Part shown: positions 14,401-26,400 of the stretch, one piece after another
Numbering within the stretch: the stretch's first letter is position 1
Layout: the number at the start of each line of letters is the position of its first letter
NCBI RefSeq assembly: GCF_003918875.1
Contig: NW_025767658.1
Coordinates: forward strand, 124,001 to 188,000
DNA length: 64,000 bases
Direction: 5' to 3'
Origin: Haliotis rubra
Taxonomy: Eukaryota
Translations under genes and position numbers: made by a program
The notes under the pieces: model-generated
The model's database searches: none
What the model was told of the DNA's origin: nothing
The model's input: only the letters and a program-made list of their open reading frames with translations

Positions 14401-17400
14401 TTGACGAAATGAGGCTTCTCCCATTCTCGCGGTATTACCAGGAATTAACGTTTTTTGAGTGTATGTAAGAGCAAACCTGCCGGAAAGGGTGGGAAAAAGT
14501 AATGATATGTCCAAGCTGGTATAAACTCCCCAATATTCGTGACACTGAGAGATTTTGATCACTCACAGATTTGGGCCACTTCCTAGTTACCAGTCGGTCA
14601 TGTAAACAACCGCTAAGTGTCGCGCATCGGCGATTTCGGCAGAAAACGTGTTTACCGCGAGAATAGGGAAACCCGCGCGAATAGGAAACGGACCTATTCA
14701 GCAGTAATGGGACACGGAGTGACATCAGAATGTAGGACAAGTCAATGTGCTTTGTAACTGATATACCAAACAACCCTTAGATATGCAGTCAGATCACATC
14801 ACATTTCATCCAGTATCGTCGCGCGGTTATTTTGTTTCTCCAAGCTCAAACAGTGACGGGAGACACCAGAAATGGGCTTCACACATTGTAACCATGTAGG
14901 AATCGAACCTGGGTCTTTGGAGTGACGAGCGGGCGCTTTAACCACTTGGCTACCCGACGACCCTAAACTGAAAAAGAACCTACATGCTACAGAGTTTTGA
15001 CTATTTACTTTTTTGATTACTTTTTTGGCGGTTATATTATGTTTCTTGTCTCCAACCTCACACAGCGAGAGTGAGTGAGTTTAGTTTTGCGCCGCCTGGA
15101 GCAATATCTAGCAATATCACGGCGGGGACACCAGCCATTGGCTCCAGATAGTGTATCCATTTTTCACGAAACCTACCCATGCCTAAGACTGCGGGATTTT
15201 GTCCCACAACAAGCAGACCGCCGTGACATACACGGAACACTGGTCAAATCTGAGGTAAAGCTCACTCACTCACCCAACCATTCACTCACTACCTCTTGAC
15301 TATCATACTATCCCAACGTCAGTCTGCTTCAACGTCAATCTGCTTCATTGTGTTTTGGGTTCGAAACCCACACAAAGTCTTTCTCCCGGTTCCCCGTTAA
15401 TCCCAACCCACATGTTTCTAGGTTTATCTGCACCATATCTTTCAGGGTAGCTAGAGTTGGCTTCAAATAACGTGGTACAATTCTTCGGTATTTCCTGCCA
15501 CAATACACTGACAAGCTGTGATATAACGTAAAACGACGTTAATCCCAACCCACACAATGTCTTTCCGTTCAATGTCTTTAATCATGCTTTCATGCTAGCG
15601 GTAGGGGTAGCCTAGAGGTTGATGTAACGTGCTATGCAGGAGGGTAGCCTAATATAACGTCGTTACCCAAACCCAATCCCAACCCACAATGTCTTTCATG
15701 CTATAGGGAAAGTAGCCTAGTCATGCTCGAGCGGGAGGGTAGCCTAGAGGTTGATATAACGTGGAAACGACGTTAATCCCAACCCACACACAAAGTCTTT
15801 CATGCTATGCGGGAGGGTAGCCTAGAGGTTGATATAACGTGTAAACGACGTTAAACGACGTTAATCCCAACCCACACAGTCTTTCATGCTATGCGGGAGG
15901 GTAGTCTAGAGGTTGATATAACGTGGAAACGACGTTAATCCCAACCCAACACAATGTCTTTGATATAACGTGGAAAGCCTACAGCGTGTAATGCTATGCC
16001 TATGCAGGAGGGTAGCCTAGAGGTTGATATAACGTGTATGCAAGAGGGTAGCCTAGAGGTTGAATAACGTGTGTAAACGACGTTAATCAGTTTCGATGTC
16101 CCACATAACGTGGAAAACGATTAATCGTTACAATGTGCTACACCTAGAGGTTGATATAACGTGGATTTCTGAGTCCCCCCACACAATGTCGTCGTGATGC
16201 GGGAGGGTAGCCTAGAGGTTGATATAACGTGGAAACGATTGCTAATAGGGTAGCCTTAGGCGTTAAAACTAAACTGATATAACAGCTTGCGGGAGGGTAG
16301 CCTAAGGTTGATATAACGTGGAAACGAATCTCACTCTTTCATGCGTGTAAACGACGTTAATCCCAGCCCACACAATGTCTTTCATGCACCTAGAGGTTGA
16401 AGACCCAGTTTCGATATCCCACATGGACAATGTCCATTTCTGGAGTCCCCGTCGTGATATTGCTGGAATATTGCTAATAGCGGCTTAAAAACTGTTCAAT
16501 AATGCTATGTAATGATATGTTTCAGCCAACCATACTACTGACTGGATTCTATGACGCAATCGTGATATATGCTGACGTCATCAACGAGACCTTGGCCCAG
16601 GGAGGTGACCCCACTGACGGAATTGACGTCACGCGTCGAATGTGGAACAGAACCTTTAACGGTATGTCCTCTGAAAATGTCAGCTTTCTTTGCCGTGAGA
16701 AGTGATCAGTTCGCTGTCATTTTGACGGAGCAATCCCACACAAAACCACAGCGAAATTGTGAAGTAAAGGTATTTTCACAATATTCTTGTCCAATTCCTT
16801 AATCCGATTTGTCCCTTTGTTTCTTTAAGTTATTTCTGTTGATTGACTTGCCTTTGTATGTGTTTGGTACCAACCAACCTGAAACCAGTACATCCAGTGG
16901 GGCGCTGTCTCATACCAATTCAGGAACTGTTCAGAATACACTGATCTGAGTTTATCGCCGCTTTTTTAGCAATATTCCAAAGGCGGGGAACCATATTGTT
17001 TTCTTTGGCGTGACGAGCTAACGCTTTCAGCCCCTTTCTTGAATCATCTTCCGCAGTTCTTTTGTCTGATTGTACCTGTGAATTTAATTGCGAATTTATA
17101 ATGCGCCTTTCCCATGCTCAAAGCGCTAACACACAACCTGTGAAGCGCTGGAAGGTTAATACATAGTAGTCACATGACTTATCCCACCGGGTACCCATTT
17201 TCTGCTGGGTGAACGGGGGCAAGTTTTGAACAACCTGACTGCCTAAGGGGAGACTACATGCATGCAATAAATTCCGATGTCAAACAACGACGTTGTTTAG
17301 GAGGGCAACGATCTGAACGTCCCTTTTCGTCCAATGCTCATACAAAGAAAATCGTTTACGTGGTTTCAATCTTGGCCAGGCAGTCCAGATACACAAATAA

Positions 17401-20400
17401 CACAAAGACCTGGGCCTAGATTTTCGAAGCTCTCTTTAACGCTAAGATAGTCGTAAGTTAATGTTAATGTATGGCACTTACGCCTATCTTAGCGCTAAGA
17501 GAGCTTCGAAAATCTAGGACCTGCGTAATCACACAATGTATTTAAGATCAATAAAGGAAAGTAATTATCACGTCAAAATCTGGATGATGATCCACGAATA
17601 GGATGCTTATCATGTATCAACACTCGTATCGAATACACATTTAGCTCCTCAGTGAATGTTGATAATGAGTTTACACATCCTTTGTCCGTTTACATTCCAG
17701 GAATTGGCGGTCGGGTTTCCATCAACGACAACGGCGACAAATACACCGACTTCATCTTGTTCGATATGCAGGATACAGCTAATGGGATGTTTGAGGTGCG
17801 TTGATTACTGTTTTCATCAATGCGTTGTTTTCGACGTTGACGGTTTAATCACACGGACGTGTCTGTCGTGTGGATAGGTCAGATTACCTGCGGGCATGGA
17901 ATTGATAATATATAACATCAGAATAATTTGTCTAGAATATCTGTCGACACAGATACCACGGGGCGATAAGTTCCAGCATTGTGATAAATTGCAGTCACCT
18001 TCTGGCAAACAAGGATGAGTTGAGCACCGAACTGACAATTGACCCGTATTAGCATGTATGAGTGTCGCCCACTGGCGCTTGCCATTGTTAGCGAAGGGCC
18101 CCAGGTTGTCCGCGATCAAGTGTAGTGCGACTTGCTACCCCGACGTGAGAGTCTTATGAGCAAGGCGCGTGCAGCTACCCGCGGAATCAATTTCATCGCC
18201 ATGCAATGCACGTGCACTAGCCTACATCTGCTCTACCTTTTACGAACGAAATGGGTTTGCTCATTGCCGTGCACCGCCTTCTCGTAAACGCGTTATCCTT
18301 GTTTGCGGGCGGTGAGCTAGCCTAATGGTTAAAGCGTTGGCTCGTCACGCCGAAGACGGGTTCGAATCCCCACATTGGGCACATGTTTGTGAAGCCCATT
18401 TCTGGTGTCCCCGCCGTGATGTTGCTGAATATTGCGAAAAGCGGCGTAAAACCAAACTCAGTCAGTCGAACGAAATTATAGGACCACGAACTCATGTTCG
18501 TTATAGCCGTAGTTCGTTATAGACAGTTTGACAAAATATAAACATCAAGTAGCCGAACCAAACAAGACTGTTCGATATATCCACCAGTTCGTTGAACACA
18601 CACTTTTGAGAAGTTGCATTGAACTACGGTTAAAACGAACTTAAAGGACCACGGTATCCTTTTCGATAGAGCCGTAGTTCGTTATACAGAATTTGGACAA
18701 TAATATACAAGTTGCCGCTACGAAACAACTGTTATATCCGTCAGTCGTTATAAGTGAGTGAGTATGATCGATCATGGAACTCGTCTCTTCTTGTCATATG
18801 CTTGAGGAAGAAATGCACTGACAGTGATCCCTTTGTTATGGATGAGTGAGTGAGTGAGTGAGATTTAGTTTTACGCCGTTTGAGCAGTAGAACAACAATA
18901 TCACGATCGAGTAAAACCACAAATTAATTCACACATTGACAGGGTATGAAACTACAAAAAAATTAGCTGGACCACAAGGGTGGTTAGACTGACTGAGTTT
19001 GGCTTTACGCCGCTTTTAGCAATATTCCAGCAACATCACGGCGGGGACTCCAGAAATGGGCTTCACACGTTGTACCCATGTCTTCGGCGTGACGAGCCAA
19101 CGCTTTAACCACTAGACTACCCCACCGCCCAGGGGGTGGTTAGATGTAAAACTTGCCAGCCCTGACCAAAACTTGCCTGCCCACAAAATATCTTCACATA
19201 CAACATGTCTAGATTTTAATCCGACCGTCGGGCAGGTGAATTTGAGAATCTGGCAGTCCGTGTTGAAAAAAATCCGTCCCGGGCGGTCGAATTTCGAACG
19301 CTGAATGACAATGTATCCACGAGGGGAATCGAACCCGGGCGTTTGGCGTGACGAGCGAACGCTTTAACCACTAAGCTACCTCACTCCTCCCGCCCTTTCC
19401 CTTTCCCGCCTTATAAGTTGAGGTGAAATGGGTTTTACGTCGTGCTTGAGAATATTTCGCTCATATGACGACATGTATGCGTGTGTATGTGTATGTGCGG
19501 CTGCTTGTACTACCCAGACTGAAGCTGGTTTTATAGTGCTAGCCCACTGAGATACCATGCCGCAGTGAAGCATGAATACCCCACTCAGACACATTATACT
19601 GACTCCGAGCCGACCAGTCCTTGTTGTACCCATTAATGCCGAGCGCCAGGCAGGGACCAACAAGTACCATATTTTAACGTCTTTTGGTATGACGCGGTCG
19701 GGGATCGAACCCGCGACCTTCCGCTCTCCGGGCGGACGCTCTAACCACTACACCACGGAGGCGGTCTCCCGCCTTATAAGTTGAGCATGATGCACACTAT
19801 GTAGTATCACCCTGACCATGACATTCAGATGAACATATTTAAGTTGGTATGTCCAGGTTGTGGGCGAGTACGATGGCCGAACCAAGACGTTCAGCTTCAG
19901 ACCTGGGATGTCGATCAAGTGGGTGGGCTCCGGTCCGCCACCGGATGTACCTGAATGTGGCTTCCGGGAAGATAGGTGCGCAGTAACAGGTCAGTATCGA
20001 CATGAACGCGCAGGTCAACCAGCAGACGCCATTCTTCTTCCCATAAAAGTCGTGGTAAGAATCTTCAGTAACCCATGCATGTCGTAAGAGGCGACTAACG
20101 GGATCGGGTGGTCAGGCTCGCTGACTTGGTTGACACATGTCATCGGGTCGCCGTTGTGTAGATCGATGCTCATGATGTTGATCACTGGATTACAGACCGC
20201 CGCCATAAAGTGGAATATTGCAGAGTGCAGCGTTAAAAAACAAATAAACAAAACAAACAAAAGCAGTCGTAATAACATTTAATATCACCAGTAATTTTCA
20301 CATGGTCTTTTTATGAATCCTCCAAGATGTTGGTGAGAAAACATCGTGTTGTGTTCATTTAAGCAAACACGTTAAAATGTTAATTTATTCTTATTAATTA

Positions 20401-23400
20401 ACTTTGATATTGGTTGATGAAAGGCAAAACATCGAAATATGTGTTATTCATTTAACATCGGCACCAACACGTTACCAGGAACATTCATTGTTAATTTATT
20501 CATTATTCATTCATGTAATGTTGTAACTGTTCTGAACATTTTTTTAAAAACGCTTCACCCTGTCAGTGGGTCTGGGAGTAGGGTTCGCCTGCATCGCTGT
20601 TGTCGCTACCGGCATTCTCTTCCTTATATACAGGTACCGTGTTGGGAGTGAACTTTCATTGTTTGTTCGTTCGTTTGTTAGTCTGTTGTGCACTTGTTCG
20701 TTTGCCTCCACACTGAGCCACAACTAGGCTACATCACGGCTGTGTGTAAAGGCGCGAGTCTTTAGTAAGCAAACACGTGGTTGATATCACGAGCACGTCC
20801 AGATGACAGGATACGGTGACACACAATAAACTGAGTCGGATCGATTTAGTCGCCTTGTACTGCAAGTCTAGATGTCCTGGGATAAATATGTGAGGTGAGG
20901 TGGAAGGGGGTTTAACGTCGTACTTATGAATATTTGGCTCATATGACGACGTGCATGCGTGCGTGTGTATGTGTGGCTGCTTGTACTAGCCCAGACTTAA
21001 GCTGGTTTATAGTGCTAGCCCACTGAGATACCATGCCGCAGTTAAGCAAGAATACCCCACTCAGACACATTATACTGACTCCGAGCCAACCAGTCCTTGT
21101 TGTACCCAAAGGAAAAACAAGCACCGTATTTTAACGTTTTTTGGCGGACGCTCTATCCACTACACCATGGAGGCGGTCCCTGGATTAAATAACCCGGGTT
21201 TCCGGGTTGTATGAGAGAGGGGTTGAACTACCCTTATACTTCTGGAGTACTGACTAAATTGGAAATGAATCAGATAGAAATATTATCGTTATGAATTGTT
21301 TTGAATAATAACGAAAAATAATTGTGTTACAGGAAACTTCAGTCACAACACGACCTCTGGTGGTGGAAAATTGAATTGGATGAACTTCAAATGAATGACC
21401 GAAAACTTGGCAGCTCGATTTTCAGTTTCTTATCTCAGGTATTTGTGTGGCTTAAGCTTCTTTGAAAACATTATTCGTGTAAACTTGATTCGGAGTGAGT
21501 AAGTGAGTGAGTGAGTGGGAGGGTGAGTGAGTGAGTGAGTGAGTGGGAGGGTGAGTGAATGAGTGGGAGGGTGAGTAAGTGAGTGAGTGGGAGGGCGAGT
21601 GAGTGAGTGGGAGGGTGAGTGAGTGAGTGAATGAGTGGGAGGGTGATTGAGTGAGTGAGTGGGAGGGTGAGTGGGTAGAGGAGTGGGAGGGTGAGTGAGT
21701 GAATGAGTGAGTGGGAGGGTGAGTGAATGAGTGGGAGGGTGAGTATGTGAGTGAGTGGGAGGGTGAGTGAGTGAGTGGGAGGGTGAGTGAGTGAGTGAAT
21801 GAGTGGGAGGGTGATTGAGTGAGTGAGTGGGAGGGTGGGAGTGAGTGAGTGAGTGAGTGGGAGGGTGAGTGTGAGTGAGTGAGTGAGTTAGTGAGTGGGA
21901 GGGTGAGTGAGTGAGTGAGTGAGTGAATGGGAGGGTGAGTTAGTGAGTGAGTGAGTCGGAGGGTGAGTGAGTGAGTGAATGAGTGGGAGGGTGATTGAGT
22001 GAGTGAGTGGGAGGTGAGTGAGAGAGTGGGAGGTGAGTGAGTGGGAGGGTGAGTGAGTGAGTGAGTGAGTGAGTGAGTGAGTGGGAGGGTGAGTGAGTGA
22101 GTGAGTGGGAGGGTGAGTGAGTGGGAGGGAGAGTAAGTGAGTGAGTGGAAGGGCGAGTGAGTGGGAGGTTGTGTGGGTGAGTGAGTGAGTGAGTGAGTGA
22201 GTGAGTGAGTGAGTGAGTGACTTGGCTTTAGTACCGCTCTTTACAGCATTCACTTACACCATGGCAGCACAGCTGAATGTGGGAGGGAAGCCCGCAGTTA
22301 GGCCTGTCTCTGACGTTTACCAGTTTGGTGAAACCCGTTTGGTGAAACCCGTTTGGTTAAACCCGTTTGGTGAAAACCTTGAAACATATCCAGAGCGATT
22401 TACATGTCAGGTTCCGTTAAAGCCAAATGAAGAGAAAATCGAGTGAGTGTGTGAGTAATTGAATGAGGTATACCCCGCTTTTAGCAACATTCCAGCAGTA
22501 TGACGGCGAGGGACACCAGAGTGAGTGAGTGAGTTTAGTTTTACGCCGCAGTCAGCAATATTCCAGCTATATGGCGGCGGTCTGTAAATAATCGAGCCTG
22601 GACCAGACAATCTAGTGATCAACAACATGAGTATCGATCTGCGCAATTGGGAACCGATGACATGTGACAAGTCAGCGATCCTGATCACCCGATCCCGTTA
22701 GTCGCTTCTTACGCGTACGACAAGCATGGGTTACTGAAGATTAATATTCTAACCCAGATCTTCAAGGGTGAGGGACACCAGAAATGGGCTATACACATTG
22801 TACCCATGTGCGGAATTGAACCCGGGTTTTCAGCGTGACGAGCGGACGCCTTCACATCTGGCTACCCCATCCACTACCTGTGAAAGAAAACATTCTCCTT
22901 CTAAAAACAAATTTAAGATCACAACATAGTATTAAATGTTTGTCACGCTGGAGACCCAGGTTCGATTCTTAACATGCAATCAGTGATCCCGCACCGTGAT
23001 ATTGCCGGAATATCGCTAAACCTTACTCATCAAATGGTAGTCCCTGTTGTAGCGGTTGGGTAGCCTAGTGGTTAAAGCGTCCGACCTTCACGTGGGAGAC
23101 CCGGGTTTGATTCCCAACATGGGTACAATGTGTGACGCCCATTTCTGGTGTCCCCCGCCATGATACTGCTGGAATTTTGCTAAAAGCTGCGTAAAATTAA
23201 ACTCAGTCAGTCAGTTCCTGTTTTGGTGTTAAAGGTCGTAAGTGCATATTTTTTCAAAACACATGTCACTGTTTTCTGTACACTGGACAACAAAGTTGAC
23301 AATATTTGTAATATTTCTTGATGTTTACGCAGATGAGCGTCAGGGAGAGAACAGACACGTCAACACATGACGAAATCAATAAGGACGTCGCTGTTTATAA

Positions 23401-26400
23401 GGTAATGTCGATATGTAAACACCAAGGTAACACACAACGTTGTGGGAAGGTTGTAGATTGGTAACGTCATGACACAACGTTGTGTCAAGGTTGTAGATTG
23501 GTAACGTCATGACACAACGTGGTGTCAAGGTTGTAGATATGTGACGTCATGACACAACGTTGTGGGAAGGTTGTATATTGGTAACGTCATGACACAACGT
23601 TGTGGGAAGGTTGTAGATTGGTAACGTCATGACACAAAGTTGTGGGAAGGTTGTAGATTGGTAAAGTCATGACACAACGTTGTTGGAAGGTTGTAGATTG
23701 GTGACGTCATGACACAACGTTGTGGGAAGGTTGTATATTGGTGACGTCATGACACAACGTTGTGGGAAGCTTGTAGATTGGTAACGTCATGACACAAAGT
23801 TGTGGGAAGGTTGTAGATTGGTAACGTCATGACACAACGTTGTGGGAATGTTGTATATTGGTTACGTCATGACACAAAGTTGTGGGAAGGTTGTATATTG
23901 GTAACGTCATGACACAACGTTGTGGGAAGGTTGTAGATGCTTAACGTCATGACACAAAGTTGTGGGAAGGTTTTAGATTGGTAACGTCATGACACAACGT
24001 TGTGGGAAGGTTGTAGATGCTTAACGTCATGCTAAAACGTTGTGGGAAGGTTGTAGATTGGTAACGCCATGACACAATGATGGGGGCAGGTTGTAGATTG
24101 GTAACCTCATGGCACAGGGTTATGAGAAGGTTTTAGATTGGTAACGTCATGGAACAAGGTTGTGGGAAGGTTGTAGATTGGTATCGGGAAGGTTGTAGGA
24201 TTGTAGGTATCGTCATCAGACAACAACGTTGTGGTAAGGTTTTAACGATTGGTATCGTCATGGAACAAGGTTGTGGGAAGGTTGTAGATTGGTAACGTCA
24301 TCAGACAACGTTGTGGGAAGGTTGTAGATTTGTAGCGTCATGACACAACGCTGTGAGAAGTTTGTAGATTGGTAACGTCATGATACAACGTTGTCACAAC
24401 GTAAGTATCACGTCATTTTATAGCGTTACGTCACAACGCAATAACAAAGTTGCAAATGTACGTTGAGGAAGCGTTAAGCTTTGGGCTCCTCAGAACGCTA
24501 TAACAACGTTTCTTATAATTGGTGTCCCGAGTTCTGCAAAACCTTTTACTCTTCAGGATTCTTTCTTCACTATTCAGCTACAGCTTCAGAGAACACACGA
24601 CGGAAGCAACATGCAAATTGACAAATAAACATTGAAGTGAATGTCTGCTTTGTTTCTTACGTACTGTTCACTACTGGGAAAACTATTCAACTATTAACGT
24701 TAAACAGAACGTTAGACAACGAAAACGACGTTAGTATCTAATAACTTAGCCTTGTGGCGACGTACAAATGATGTATCGCAACGTCATGCCACAACGTTGT
24801 GACAACATAAATGGGAGTCCACAGAAGAAAGTTGTAACAACGAAAGCATAATGTTGTGACAACGTTGTGACAACGTGAAAGTGCTAGTTGGTCAGAACAA
24901 GGAACTTGAGAATATAGGAGCAACAACATTTCCACGAGAAGATGTCTCTGAGGCAGACATTTTAAGACCAGGATTGTATCTGCTCGGCTGTATAGTTTTC
25001 AACATTGATGCTACATCCATTAACTGATTTGCAGGGAATTCCCGTACGGCTGAAACGCCTACACATCAAAGACATCCTGCAGAATAACAAGGAACTGCTC
25101 CAAGAGTTCAAAATGGTAAGTGGAAGTTGTCACGTGACTTTATAAATAACACCGAAAAGGTCATACGCGCAATCCCTCGACATTGCAGCTAATTATAAGC
25201 ATTGGGCGAAGCGTTCTTTGACAGTCGACTAGGGAGTTAGTGAGTGAGTGAGTTTAGTTTTACGCCGCACTCAGCAACATTCAAGCAATATGGCGTCGGT
25301 CTGTAAATAATCGAGTCTGGACCAGACAATCCAGTGATCAACAGCATGAGCATCGATCTTCGCAATTGAGAACCGATGACATGTGTCAACCAAATCGAGG
25401 AGGCTGGTGGGTGAGGGTGGAGGTTGATGGTGGAGTCTGATGGAGGTTGATTGTGAGAGGTGGGTGGTGGGTGAGGGTGGAGGTTGATGATGGAGCGTGA
25501 TGGAGGTTGATTCTGAGAGGTGGGTGAGGGTTGGAGGTTGATGATGGAGTGTGATGGAGGTTGATTGTGAGAGGTGGGTGGTGGGTGAGGGTGGAGGTTG
25601 ATGATGGAGCGTGATGGAGGTTGATTGTGAGAGGTGGTTGAGGGTGGAGCTTGATGATGGAGCGTGATGGAGGTTGATTGTGAGAGGTGGGTGAGGTTGG
25701 AGGTTGATGATGGAGTGTAATGGAGGTTGATTGTGAGAGGTGGGTGAGGTTGGAGGTTGATGGTGGAGCGTGATGGAGGTTGATTGTGTGAGCAGAGTGG
25801 TGGGTAAGGGTGGAGGTTGATGATGGAGAGTAATGGTGGTTGATTGTGAGAGGTGTGTGGTGGGTGAGGTTGGAGCTTGATGATAGAGCGTGATGGAGGT
25901 GATTGTGAGAGGTGGATGATGGGTGAAGTTGGAGGTTGATGATGGAGTGTGTTGGAGGTTGATTGTGAGAGGTGGGTGGTGGGTGAGGGGGGAGGTTGAT
26001 GATGGAGAGTGATGGAGGTTGATTGTGAGAGGTGGGTGGTGGGTGAGGGTGGAGGTTGATGATGGAGTGTGATGGATGTTGATTGTGAGAGGTGGGTGGT
26101 GGGTGAGGGTGGAGGTTGATGATGGAGTGTGATGGAGGTTGATTGTGAGAGGTGGTGGTGTGGTGGGTGAGGGTGAGGTGATGGAGGTTGATTGTGAGAT
26201 GGAGGTGATGGAGGTTGATTGGAGTGTGAGAGGTGGGTGAGAGGTGGGTGAGGTTGGAGGTTGATGATGGAGCGTGATGGAGGTTGATTGTGAGAGGTGG
26301 GTGAGGGTGGAGGTTGATGATGGAGCGTGATGGAGGCTGATTGTGTGAGGCAGAGTGTGGTGGGTGAGGGGTGGAGGCTGATGATGGAGAGTAATGGTGG

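Noticed and set aside
19376-19784. Recurrent short ORFs such as [12 protein letters not shown].., MNTPLRHII.. and ..[10 protein letters not shown]..
   Set aside because: Chance frames within multi-copy SINE B and C sequences.
23430-24400. Regular repeat arrays resembling CRISPR (also 51335-52660 and 57003-57213)
   Set aside because: Head-to-tail units with no unique spacers and no cas genes, in a eukaryotic context.
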